This document shows, piece by piece, positions 48,895-59,666 of a stretch of 64,000 bases of DNA. The number at the start of each line of letters is the position of its first letter. Within the stretch, counting starts at the first letter, position 1. A program made the position numbers and the translations under genes. Under the pieces are notes generated by a model, which did no database searches, was not told the DNA's origin, and was given only the letters and a program-made list of their open reading frames with translations. Origin of the DNA: a virus. Where the stretch lies: positions 1-64,000 of IMG/VR virus record IMGVR_UViG_3300018080_000167, one strand, 5' to 3'.

Positions 48895-49673
48895 AAAGGA
48901 AAAGGTGTTATGATACGCAAATGCGAAGGCTGCGGGAAAGAAATTAAGATTTTGGCTAACTTTCCTGATCTTGACAGCAAACATTTTTATTGTCCTAAAT
49001 GCTTTGATAAAACTTTTGAAGAGAAAACAACCCATTGTGAAAAATGTGGCAGACAAGTTCCAAGGCGTTGTCAAAATTGTTTCCTTGAGGTTCATAATCA
49101 ATCTTGGCTTTTGTGTGGAGCATGTCAAATAGAGGCTGAACGGATGATTGATAGGTGGATCAACGAATGAAGTTACTTTTTTGTACAAACTGCTATGATA
49201 TTATAAGTCTTAAATCAGAGGAAAGAAGGTGTCAATGTGGAACAACAGGAGGAAAGTACCTTGATGATTTAATGGCAGAATATTGGGGTGACAATGCTGT
49301 ACCTCTTGGAATTTCTAATCCTTCTTTTGTGGCGGCATTGACTGCTGGGCAGCCAGTTGGAGATAAGGGGCTCAATTTTGAAGCATTTATAATGCCGAAG
49401 GATTGTGAAACTTTTAAAAAAATTAACAAAAGGGGAGAAAAATGAATGGAGTGCGTTGCGAAGACTGCGGAAAAGAGGTAATGTTCTCTGAACAATTGTC
49501 ATATAGGGTAACTGATGGAAAAAATGTGTGTGTTGATTGTTCGCACAAGAAAGCTCCTTGTGAAAAATGCGGGATAAGAGATAATGTTACACTTGTTGAA
49601 ATTGGATACAATTATTTTTTATTGTGTGAGCAATGTAGGGGTACTGTGTCTCATGTTGTAGCGGAGTGGTTAT

Positions 49674-50042
49674 ATGGCGACAAATAAGCGAAATAAAAAA
49701 TTGTTGTTTACTATCGGAAAAAAAGATTTTGATATTTCATATTTTTCAGGATCAGGCGCAGGAGGTCAGCATAGAAATAAACACAAAAATTGCGTAAGGC
49801 TTAAACACAAGGATTCTGGCGCTATTGCAACTGGGCAATCACATAAGAGTAAAAAGCAGAATCTTAAAGAGGCTCTTCATAATATTGTTAAAGTTGGGAA
49901 GTTTAAAATGTGGCACAGTCAAAAGGTGCGCGAGGCATTGGACGGAATAACGCTTGAAGAAAGGGTTAATAAAATGATGGAGCCTAAAAATTTGAAGATT
50001 GAAGGCAGAAATAAAGAAGGCAAGTGGGAGGAAATTGAATGA
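49674..50042 (+). CDS. GGQ peptide-chain-release-factor-like protein (PrfH/ArfB-like)
   Basis: SGSGAGGQHRNK..NCVRLKH..SG...QSHKS..QN. Confidence 0.85.
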   Translation: MATNKRNKKLLFTIGKKDFDISYFSGSGAGGQHRNKHKNCVRLKHKDSGAIATGQSHKSKKQNLKEALHNIVKVGKFKMWHSQKVREALDGITLEERVNKMMEPKNLKIEGRNKEGKWEEIE

Positions 50043-51187
50043 AATTTTATACAGAAGAAAATAAAGTTATCAAGTCTTGGTGTAACAATCCAGAAGATGG
50101 TACAATTGATCAGGCTCGTAATTTAGCGAATCTCCCATTTTTATTTAAGCACGTCGCTTTAATGCCCGACGGACATCAGGGGTACGGGATGCCAATAGGT
50201 GGCGTAATTGCTTGCAACTCAGTAGTGATTCCTAATGCTGTTGGAGTTGATATTGGCTGCGGAATGGCAGTAGTGAAGACGACATTAACAGAAATCACCA
50301 TCTCTGAATTAAAAACAATTATGTCTGGAATAAGAAAGAGGATTCCAGTTGGTTTTTCTCATCACAAAAGGATGCAAGACTTTAGCTTGATGCCAGAACT
50401 TACAGATGAGAAGATAGTAAGTGAGCAATATCTATCAGCAAGTAGGCAACTGGGCACTTTGGGTGGCGGCAATCATTTTATTGAGATACAAAAGGGGAGT
50501 GATGGACATATTTGGATTATGATACATTCGGGCTCTAGAAATTTGGGGTATAAAGTTGCGAAATATTATAATGAAATAGCCAAGGAAGCAAACAAAAAGT
50601 GGTACACACAGGTTGATCCAAAAAATGATTTGGCTTTTCTTCCTATAGATATGGATGACTGCCAAAATTATCTTAAGGAAATGGAATATTGCCTCAAGTT
50701 TGCTAAAGCTAATCGTGCATTGATGATAGAAAATATTAAGTGTGCGTTTGGAGAAGTTTTTGCAGAAATTTCTTTTGATAACTTTATTGATATTCATCAC
50801 AATTATGTTGCGATAGAAAATCATTTTGGAAAAAACGTCTGGATACATAGAAAGGGTGCGACATCTGCTAAGGAAGGACAGACAGGAATCATTCCTGGCT
50901 CACAAGGCACTAGTTCATATATAGTAAGAGGAAAGGGCAATCCAGATTCTTTCAAGTCTTGTTCACATGGAGCAGGAAGGAAGATGGGGCGCAAAGAGGC
51001 ACGAAAATCTTTAAATTTAGAAGATGAACAAAAAAAATTGGATGGTGTTATACATTCTGTCAGAAGCGAAAAAGATTTAGATGAAGCTTGTGGGGCGTAT
51101 AAAAATATAAATATTGTAATGGAAGAACAGAAGGATTTAGTAGATATTGTTATAAGGATGGAGCCGTTGGCTGTTATAAAGGGATAA
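50039..51187 (+). CDS. rtcB: RtcB family RNA ligase
   Basis: MPDGHQGYG, VGVDIGCG, GGGNHFIE, IHSGSR, HHNY, HRKGAT, SCSHGAGR. Confidence 0.97.
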   Translation: MKFYTEENKVIKSWCNNPEDGTIDQARNLANLPFLFKHVALMPDGHQGYGMPIGGVIACNSVVIPNAVGVDIGCGMAVVKTTLTEITISELKTIMSGIRKRIPVGFSHHKRMQDFSLMPELTDEKIVSEQYLSASRQLGTLGGGNHFIEIQKGSDGHIWIMIHSGSRNLGYKVAKYYNEIAKEANKKWYTQVDPKNDLAFLPIDMDDCQNYLKEMEYCLKFAKANRALMIENIKCAFGEVFAEISFDNFIDIHHNYVAIENHFGKNVWIHRKGATSAKEGQTGIIPGSQGTSSYIVRGKGNPDSFKSCSHGAGRKMGRKEARKSLNLEDEQKKLDGVIHSVRSEKDLDEACGAYKNINIVMEEQKDLVDIVIRMEPLAVIKG

Positions 51188-51448
51188 AATATATTTAAGA
51201 AATAAAAAATTTTATTATTGCTACAACACAACATCCGACATGGCCAGAGGCGCTTGTCGTTGTTGCGATTATAATTTCTTCTGCGTATGTTATTGTTAAG
51301 TTGAACAAATGATATTTAATAATTGCGATATGACAGATGACGGCATATATTGATATGAACGCCATTTAAGAACATCTAAGGTGAGTGGTTTTCTTAAAGT
51401 TAGATATACGCCAAGAGAGCCAATACCAAAAAAGGTGAGGACTGACAG

Positions 51449-51667
51449 ATGGGAAGCGAATTAGAAAAAATTAAAATTTTTAAACCTGGAGAAATACTTG
51501 AGGGTTGCTTATTAGAAGACTATTTTGTAAAACATGATGACTATCCATATCTTTCTACGTTTGGTGATACGGCGGAGGAAGCCCTCAAGGAATTTATTAT
51601 AGTTTTTGTAGAACTCTTTGAATGGGAATTAGAAGAAAAAGAGTGTAATGATCAACAAAATTTATAA
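51449..51667 (+). CDS. HicB-like antitoxin-fold protein
   Basis: YFVKHDDYPYLSTFGDTAEEALKE pattern. Confidence 0.6.
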   Translation: MGSELEKIKIFKPGEILEGCLLEDYFVKHDDYPYLSTFGDTAEEALKEFIIVFVELFEWELEEKECNDQQNL

Positions 51668-52400
51668 TGAAAAATGCGAAGAAACAATTGCGCGGATGGA
51701 AAACAACTTTTTGGATCTTGTTGTTACATCTCCACCGTATAACGTAGATTTAGGAAAAAACAAATATAATAAAAATTCATACGATTTATATTGTGACAAC
51801 AAAAATCATAAAGATTATATAGAATGGCTTGGAAACATTTTTTTGTCTTTGCGTCCAAAATTGAAGGACGGCGGGCGCATCGTTATTAATGTGGGCGACT
51901 CAAAGAATGGCGCGATTCCTACTTCTTCTGATCTTATACAATATTTGTCTAATATGCATTATATTCCAATGGCACATATTATTTGGGATAAAGGGCAAAC
52001 TTCCAATAGGTCGGCTTGGGGCAGCTATTTATCGCCATCGTGCCCATCGTTTCCAACCCCCTTTGAACACATTTTAATATTTGCTAATAAAAATAAAAAA
52101 TTACAATGGAAAGGTGAAACAGATTTAACAAAAGAAGAATTTGTTGCGTGGGCTACAGCATTGTGGAAATTTAAACCAGAGATAAAAGCTAAAAAAATTG
52201 GACACCCAGCCCCTTTTCCTTTGGAGTTGCCAAAGAGATGTATAAAGATGTTCTCGTGGGTAAATTCTGTTGTATATGATCCATTTATGGGAGCAGGAAC
52301 TACTGCTATTGCGTGTAAAATGCTTAACAGAAAATATATAGGATCAGAGATTAGTGAAAAATACTGCAAAACTGCAGCGGAAAGGTTAAAAAATGTATAA
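51648..52400 (+). CDS. DNA amino-methyltransferase (beta class, SPPY)
   Basis: VVTSPPYN, HPAPFP, YDPFMGAGTT. Confidence 0.92.
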   Translation: MINKIYNEKCEETIARMENNFLDLVVTSPPYNVDLGKNKYNKNSYDLYCDNKNHKDYIEWLGNIFLSLRPKLKDGGRIVINVGDSKNGAIPTSSDLIQYLSNMHYIPMAHIIWDKGQTSNRSAWGSYLSPSCPSFPTPFEHILIFANKNKKLQWKGETDLTKEEFVAWATALWKFKPEIKAKKIGHPAPFPLELPKRCIKMFSWVNSVVYDPFMGAGTTAIACKMLNRKYIGSEISEKYCKTAAERLKNV

Positions 52401-52567
52401 ATATATTTCATTTACCAATACTGAAGACTCTCTTATTAGTAAGAGAATCAATAAATTGCGCGAAGAAGGCTGGTGGATAATTTCTCATTCTTCTTCTATT
52501 GAGCCAGATAACGAGGTTGTTTCTTTTGTGTTTGAAAGGGTTTTTCAGCCAGACAAGGAGGGCTAAA

Positions 52568-53002
52568 ATGCGTAATATAATAGTATTTGACCTAGAGGGT
52601 ACGCTTGGGCTTATGTCTAGTGAGAGAATCAAGTTTCTCAACGATAGAGACTGGGACAATTTTTATAAACTTTGTGATACAGATATGCCGAATCAACCCA
52701 TCATTGATATTTACAAGGCATTTTGGCTATCAGGTAGAAATCTTAAAATTGTGACTGGCAGAAGCGATATTGTTAGAGATAAAACATTAAGATGGCTTGA
52801 TAAGCACGGCATTTATATTAAAAGCGAAAATCTACATATGCGTCCACATGGAGATCATAGGTGTGATACTGAGTTAAAAAAAGAAATGGTCGCAGCATTT
52901 ATTAATGATATATATATGGTTTTCGAAGATAGGGCGGCAGTTGTAAAGATGTGGCGAGATATGGGAATAACATGTCTGCAGGTTTCTGAAGGAAATTTTT
53001 GA
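52568..53002 (+). CDS. HAD-family polynucleotide 3'-phosphatase (PNKP phosphatase-like)
   Basis: VFDLEGTL, VTGR, LHMRP.GD.R.D..LK, FEDR..VV.MWR. Confidence 0.8.
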   Translation: MRNIIVFDLEGTLGLMSSERIKFLNDRDWDNFYKLCDTDMPNQPIIDIYKAFWLSGRNLKIVTGRSDIVRDKTLRWLDKHGIYIKSENLHMRPHGDHRCDTELKKEMVAAFINDIYMVFEDRAAVVKMWRDMGITCLQVSEGNF

Positions 53003-53007
53003 TATGG

Positions 53008-53035
53008 TTGAACAAAATCGCAAATTAGTAGATAT
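53008..53035 (+). promoter_or_regulatory. class II promoter TTGAAC-N12-TAGTAGATAT
   Basis: Upstream of 53057 gene. Confidence 0.65.
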
Positions 53036-54323
53036 TATATATAGGAGAACATCACTATGCTTTTAAAACTCTTGGACAATATATGGCTTTTTTTACGGTT
53101 TATTGATTTTCGTGTCATAGAGTCTGCAGATGATATTCCTTTCGATGTGCGATATTTTTTAAAACGTATTGTAATGACACTTAGCTATATTAAGCCTATT
53201 TTTTTATGTGATGGTGACTATGCTGTTACAAATGGACTCTTTGCAATAATGGCACATAAATTTCGCAGAGTAGAGAAAGAAATGCGCCATTTGGTAAACT
53301 CTGGAAAATATAAAAGAGAAATCAATTGGGCTATTGACAGACTTGAAGAATTGGCGAACAATAAATTTGAAAATGACTTTCACAATGCCCACGAAAACAA
53401 ATGGGGTGAACGAGAAGTTCATCTTGATGGACAAAACTTTGATGTTTATGGAGCAAAAGCCAAGACGGAAGAAGAGAAAGAGCAGGAAAGAAAAGAATTT
53501 GTGGCTGCATACAAAGAGGCTGCAGAAAAAAGAGCAAAAACAATGCGGGATGTGATGTTGTTTATTGGAGAAAACGCAGATCATTGGTGGGACTAATAAA
53601 AACTATGAAAGCTAAAACGTGCGAAGAATTAAGAAATTTGCTTTATAATGCAGCAGAAGAGTTGGCTGAAAGGGTAGCTCCACTGTATAAGGTGCTTAAT
53701 TGGGAGTGGGGCATTTTCAGGAGAGGCAGGGGGCAAAACATTCCTACAGAAAAGGATATTTGTGTCTGTCTTATCAGATTGATAAATTCATTAATAGATG
53801 AAAATATTTGTGGATATACAGAAACAGGCGGACTCTTTGTTAGAATTGAGGAAGATGAAAGCAATTGGTTTGTTGGTACAGTTGGATTTTTAGTTACAAA
53901 GGAACGTTATGTCAAAGACGAGTAAAAATTTTGTTAAAGTTGTTGGTGTGGAATTCGATAATGAACACGATAAAATGATTAGGGTCGAGTGTCCATATTG
54001 CAATCTTATACATAAGCATAGCGGTTATGGACTAAGACAAAGTTCGTGCTACCCTGGTGGATTTTATTATATTATTAAGGATGCGAATGATTAATTTAGA
54101 CCCTACAAAGTTAAACCAGCTTGCAGACATTATCTTTTGTGTTGGAGCAATAGTTGGTATTATATTATTTATAATTCTTTTAATTAATGTGATTTCTATT
54201 AAAAAAGAATTAATTCATTTAAAAAATAAGATGGAATATCAAAATATTATTACTTCTAAGATTTATAAATTATAATATGAAGAAAATTTGATTTTAACTC
54301 ACAAAGCACAAGGAGAAGAATAA

Positions 54324-55319
54324 ATGGTTAAATCTGCAGTGATAACTGGTGTAAACGGACAAGATGGGGCGTGGTTGGCTAGGCATCTAGTTGATATTGG
54401 CTATCAAGTTGTTGGTGTCGTTAGGCGAGGCGCTACCGACAAGCTGTGGCGACTACGATATCTTGATCTTTTGAATAATAAGATGTTTAGTTTGGCTAGT
54501 GGAGATGTTACAGATTATGCGTCTATGGAAAGCATTTTAAAATGTCGTCCAGATGAAGTATATAATCTCGCGGCGCAGTCGCATGTCGGGGAAAGTTTCA
54601 AGGCACCAATTGCTACGGCTCAGACAAATTATATTGGTGTTGCAAACCTTCTTGAAGTTATTGCTCAAAATACTCCAGATACCAAGTTCTATCAAGCATC
54701 TACTTCTGAGCAGATGGGTAGGGGGCAATGGAAAGAAGATGTCTTAATGAACGAAAACACATCATTTCATCCAAGAAGCCCATATGGCGTGGCGAAAGTT
54801 GCAGCCCATTATCTTACTCAAAATTATAGGGAGGCTTACAACATCTTTGGTTGTTGTGGAATTCTTTTCAATCACGGTAGCGAATTGCGTCAGGACACAT
54901 TTGTAACAGCTAAAATTTGTAAGGGTGCTGCGTTGATAGCGATAGGTGAAGCAGATAAGCTTGAGCTTGGCAATTTGGACGCAAAGAGGGATTGGGGGTA
55001 TGCGCCAGACTATGTTCGCGCTATGAACCTTATTCTTCAGCAGGAAAAGGCGGAAGACTTTGTTATTGCTACCGGACAAACTCGTAGCGTAAGAGAGTTT
55101 TGCGATGTAGCATTTGGTATGTTTGATTTGGATTATAAAAAATATGTTGTTCAGTCAGATGAATTTTATAGACCTGCAGATGTTGGCTGCCTCATAGGTG
55201 ATAGTAGTAAAGCTAAAGAAAAACTTGAATGGGAGCCAGAAACCTCCTTTGAAGAGATGGTTGCTAATATGTGCGAATTTTGGATGGATATGATTCAAAA
55301 GGGTGATAAATATGTATGA
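54324..55319 (+). CDS. gmd: GDP-mannose 4,6-dehydratase
   Basis: ITGVNGQDG, YNLAAQSHV, YQASTSE, PRSPYGVAK, GNLDAKRDWG. Confidence 0.95.
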   Translation: MVKSAVITGVNGQDGAWLARHLVDIGYQVVGVVRRGATDKLWRLRYLDLLNNKMFSLASGDVTDYASMESILKCRPDEVYNLAAQSHVGESFKAPIATAQTNYIGVANLLEVIAQNTPDTKFYQASTSEQMGRGQWKEDVLMNENTSFHPRSPYGVAKVAAHYLTQNYREAYNIFGCCGILFNHGSELRQDTFVTAKICKGAALIAIGEADKLELGNLDAKRDWGYAPDYVRAMNLILQQEKAEDFVIATGQTRSVREFCDVAFGMFDLDYKKYVVQSDEFYRPADVGCLIGDSSKAKEKLEWEPETSFEEMVANMCEFWMDMIQKGDKYV

Positions 55320-55496
55320 AACTGTTACACTGCCTATTAATTTAAAAATTAAATATAAAGTTATCGAAGATAAAGATGGTGTGTCGATTGATATTCGTTA
55401 TGATGAAAAGGATATCGATGCATCTATAAGCGATGCTTTTACAAAGGCATTGAAACTTGCTGTTGATACTTCGGAAACACCGAAAGAGGAAAAATA

Positions 55497-55850
55497 ATGT
55501 TTAAAGAAGAACTTGCAGACTTACTTAAAAAATATCGAATAATGTATGATAGCAAAATTCCTGACTACGATGATCTTGCTCAGTATTTAACTGGCTGCCT
55601 TTATAAGTATAGGATTAAAGGGGGTGACCAATGGACAGATATAAAAGATGAGATGCCAGAGGAAGGAATGACTGTAATTGGATACGATGAGCTTTATTGC
55701 GACATTGGTGAGGCTGAGTTCTGTTCTTGTTTAAATGCTCTAATATTTGTTGGTAGCCGAGGAGATGATTGTAACATTACGCATTGGATGCCTTTTCCGA
55801 CACCACCAAAGAAGTTAGAAAGGATAACGAAAAATGAGAGAAACAGCTAA
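55497..55850 (+). CDS. DUF551-like protein
   Basis: WTDIKDEMPE ... ITHWMPFP.PP. Confidence 0.7.
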   Translation: MFKEELADLLKKYRIMYDSKIPDYDDLAQYLTGCLYKYRIKGGDQWTDIKDEMPEEGMTVIGYDELYCDIGEAEFCSCLNALIFVGSRGDDCNITHWMPFPTPPKKLERITKNERNS

Positions 55851-56141
55851 AGAGGGCATTTTAAAATTTGATATCTCAGATATAGATGGAGAGTTGGCGT
55901 TTAAAAGGGCTGTGAAAGTAGATGACTATTGTGCGGCACTTTTAGACGTTGCAAATGAAGTTTTCAGACCACACAGAAAACACGGTTATTCCAGTAAAAA
56001 ACTTCAAGATATTATTAATATCTCATATGATGATGATAAGAATCTTGTTTTGGATATGATTTCTCTCTTGGAAGACATGTTTTATGAAATAATGGAAGAA
56101 AATGATATAAATTTAGACAAGCTTTATTGATAGGAGTGTTG

Positions 56142-56948
56142 ATGGACATAGTGGCGAATGGAATTATTGGAAAATGAAAACGTATTATTATTGATGATGA
56201 GGACTATGAAATAGTAAAAAATTTTAGATGGACATTAAAAAAAAGTTCGAATACGTTTTATGCTAAGTCATTTAATGGTGAGCACACAATACTTATGCAT
56301 CGTCTTATATTGGGATTAAAATTTGGAGATAAGAGAGAAGTTGATCATATCAATAGAGATGGTATTGACAATAGGAAATGTAATTTAAGAATAGTTAATA
56401 GAAATCAACAAAATCAAAATAGACGTGCTGTTAGAAATAGATGTAGCAAATATAGAGGTGTTTGTTTTGCAAAATGTGACTGTTGTAAATCTTTTAGGGC
56501 TGCGTTTAAAAAAGATGGTAAAACATTATGTGAAGTTATTTTTGCGACAGAAAAAATGGCTGCGTTATATTATGATTTAATTGCATATAAACATAATTCA
56601 AAATATAATTATTTAAACTTTAAAGATATAAAATATTATGAAATTAAAAACATTATAAGCGATGAGATTAAAAAACAGGCGGAAAGAAGCGAGATCATAA
56701 GAAAAAACAAAGGTAAGGGTAATGAAAATAATATTGGGAAAAAGCTTGTAAGTTATACTAAATACACAGGTGTTGGATATCGTAAAGAAAGAAAAAAGCC
56801 CTGGTATGCATTTTGTTACATAGATGGCAAAAGGAAGAAACACATAGGGTCATATGCAACAGAGGCAGAGGCAGCTATGGCGTTTGATGAATATGTAATA
56901 AATAATAAAGTAGAGAAATATTTGCAACATTTGAATTGTGGGAGGTAA
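56142..56948 (+). CDS. HNH homing endonuclease with two AP2-like domains; N-terminus interrupted by in-frame TGA at 56175
   Basis: IDDEDY..., MHRLILG, VDHINRDGIDNRKCNLR, SKYRGV, KYTGV...GSYATEAEAA. Confidence 0.75.
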
Positions 56949-56949
56949 T

Positions 56950-59589
56950 GTGAAATTTACAGAAAACGGAATGAGGCTACTGAGGCGAAGGTATTTGAGA
57001 AAAGACAATAATGGAAATGTTGTTGAAACACCAGAAGAGCTTTTGGACAGGGTGAGCAAATGTCTTTCGCATTCAGAAATTTTTTATGGCGGTAAAACTA
57101 AAAGAAAAAAATGGTATAATATTATTAAAAATTCTTTGAACAATATGGAAATAATGCCATCAACCCCCATTCTTTTTAATGCTAGAGATCCTGAAATAGA
57201 AAAACCAGGGGTACTGTATGCTTGTTTTTTTGTTCCAATGTCTGATTCTATTCAGGGTATTTATTCGTGCCTACACCTTTGTTCTTCTATTTTTAGCGCG
57301 GGTGGCGGCATAGGGACAGATGTGTCGTGTTTGCGTGAAAATGGGGCTGATATAGGTAATGGTAGGGGCGTTAGTACAGGACCAATATCATTTTTGAAAG
57401 TATTTGATGCTTCGTCTGATGCGATTTTACATGGGGGGGTCAGAAGGGCTGCCGCACTTGCATCGATGGATGTTTCACATCCAGACATAGAGCATTTTTT
57501 GCGTGTTAAAGGGGAAAACTTACAAGAAATTAATAGACTTTTGGCAATTGTTAATTCTTCTAAAGATGGCATATTGAAAAAATATATTCAAGCTGAAATT
57601 TCTAAGTTGCAGCAACTTAGTCATTTTAATCTTTCTGTTAAGATCACAGATAAGTTTATGGATGCTGTAAGAAATAATAAAGATTGGGAATTAATTTCTC
57701 CACATACGGGAAGCGTTGTTAAAACAATTTCTGCCGCGAAATTATTTAACGACATTTGTAGGTGTGCACATAATTCTGCAGAACCTGGGGTTATTTTTAT
57801 AGATGAAATTAATAGGCATAACCCAATGCCAAACATTGGACCAATTAATGGAACCAATGCTTGTTCTGAGGTTCCGCTTCATGATTATAATGCATGTAAT
57901 TTGATATCTGTTAATTTAAATAAGTGCTTAGCTAACGAGGAGTTTTCTTTTGATGAACTGAAAAGAATCAGTAGGATAGCGCTTCGTTGCGGAGAAAATG
58001 TAATAGATGTTTCTTCATATCTTGATGAAAAGATAGAGAATATTGTTAAAAATAGTCGTGGGATTGGCGTTGGCGTTACTGGTTTTGCAGACGTTCTTGT
58101 AAGGCTTGGAATACCTTACGATAGCAAAAGAGCTAGAGATTTTGTTCGTAAAATAACAAAGGTATTAACAGACTCATGTCGTGAAGAGTCAAAAGAGCTT
58201 GCAAAAGAAAGAGGTGTTTTTAATAATTATAAAGGATCTCTAATGGAAAAAAAGGGATTTGTTGTTAGAAATGCATTTGTCAGCGCTCTGCAGCCTACAG
58301 GATCTACTGCGATACTCGCTGGGGCATCTCAGTCAATAGAGCCATACTTTTCATTGTTTTACACTAGAAATACTCACGAAGGCGATGTGTATGTTGAGCT
58401 TAATGAAATTTTTATTGATAAACTTAAAAAAATGAATATTGATACAGAATGTGTTGTTAATGAGCTAAAGAAAGGTAAGCAGCTTTGTGATATTGATATT
58501 ATCCCAGATGAAATAAAAAGAGTTTTTGTTACATCTCATTTAATTTCAGCAGAGGGACATGTCAGAATGCAAGCTGCGGCTCAAGAAAATATAGATTTAA
58601 GCATTTCTAAAACTGTTAATTTACCATCTAATGCAACAGTAAACGATGTAAAAAATGTTTATCTGTTAGCAGAAAAACTCGGTTGTAAGGGGTGTACTGT
58701 ATATAGGGATGGCTCAAGAGAGGGTGTTTTGCATTCTGTAGTCGAGAAAGAAGAGAGCGATGGTAATGAAGAGTTGCGAGACTTTTTGTATAATAAATTT
58801 GTCAAAGAGGGGCTTACGGCTAAAGAGATAGCCGACATTCTTGATGTTTCTGAATCACAAGTTTTTTCAAAGCTTAAAAGGTTTTGTATTAAGAAAAGTG
58901 ATAAAAACACTACAATTTCTGCCAAAAAAATAAAACTTACTCAATCACTAAAGGAAATTATAATAGCGAATCTTCTTGTTGGTAATTCTAAAATAAACAC
59001 TGTTGAGAGTCAGTCGTCTTATAGACAAGTAAGTGATCACTGTGTTTATACTAAGAATATTCGCAAAAAATTCTTGGACAACGGCATAAACTGTTCTGAG
59101 ATTATGACAATTGTGACAGATAAAATATATTATTATTTTGACACTGTATTCAATAGTAATATTTATAATTTACCAGCAGATAATGATGTGGTAGATAAGT
59201 TAAGCAGCGACGAGATTGATACGTTATTGACAAGAACTTTTGTTAGACACCTTTTTCTTGTTGGCGGAGTTCGTACAGGAAGAGGTGGAATTAAGTTTTG
59301 TTCTAAACACGGAAACTATAATAACTTAAAGAAAATTATGCAGCTTGTTGAGAAGGAGCTCGGTGTAGAATTCAGCTATAAGCAAAAGGAAAACAACAAT
59401 GGAATTGTTTATATTCCTAAGAGGTGTGCGGAAGACTTTTATAATTTTATAGAGTCTGGAGAGCAAATCAATAAGATTAATTCAATACAAAGCAAGGCTA
59501 CTTGTCCAGAATGTGGTGGTATGCTTAATTTTTGTGAAGGCTGTAAGACATGCGCCTCCTGCGGCTGGTCTGCTTGTAGTATTGGCTGA
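56950..59589 (+). CDS. nrdJ: class II (AdoCbl-dependent) ribonucleotide reductase with C-terminal insertion
   Basis: LRRRYL, PSTPILFN, ACF, RRAA, TNACSE, QPTGST, SISKTVN, YRDGSR, terminal CPECG..EGC..C..CGWSAC; GTG start after GGAGG. Confidence 0.92.
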   Translation: MKFTENGMRLLRRRYLRKDNNGNVVETPEELLDRVSKCLSHSEIFYGGKTKRKKWYNIIKNSLNNMEIMPSTPILFNARDPEIEKPGVLYACFFVPMSDSIQGIYSCLHLCSSIFSAGGGIGTDVSCLRENGADIGNGRGVSTGPISFLKVFDASSDAILHGGVRRAAALASMDVSHPDIEHFLRVKGENLQEINRLLAIVNSSKDGILKKYIQAEISKLQQLSHFNLSVKITDKFMDAVRNNKDWELISPHTGSVVKTISAAKLFNDICRCAHNSAEPGVIFIDEINRHNPMPNIGPINGTNACSEVPLHDYNACNLISVNLNKCLANEEFSFDELKRISRIALRCGENVIDVSSYLDEKIENIVKNSRGIGVGVTGFADVLVRLGIPYDSKRARDFVRKITKVLTDSCREESKELAKERGVFNNYKGSLMEKKGFVVRNAFVSALQPTGSTAILAGASQSIEPYFSLFYTRNTHEGDVYVELNEIFIDKLKKMNIDTECVVNELKKGKQLCDIDIIPDEIKRVFVTSHLISAEGHVRMQAAAQENIDLSISKTVNLPSNATVNDVKNVYLLAEKLGCKGCTVYRDGSREGVLHSVVEKEESDGNEELRDFLYNKFVKEGLTAKEIADILDVSESQVFSKLKRFCIKKSDKNTTISAKKIKLTQSLKEIIIANLLVGNSKINTVESQSSYRQVSDHCVYTKNIRKKFLDNGINCSEIMTIVTDKIYYYFDTVFNSNIYNLPADNDVVDKLSSDEIDTLLTRTFVRHLFLVGGVRTGRGGIKFCSKHGNYNNLKKIMQLVEKELGVEFSYKQKENNNGIVYIPKRCAEDFYNFIESGEQINKINSIQSKATCPECGGMLNFCEGCKTCASCGWSACSIG

Positions 59590-59666
59590 TAATGCAAATA
59601 AACGTATAATACAATAGGTGCTATGTTATTTATCATAATATAAGCACTATAAAGAGAGGAGAAAAT

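Noticed and set aside
58760-59495. Intein or group I intron in nrdJ
   Set aside because: No intein block A/G residues and no recognisable intron core; frame is continuous
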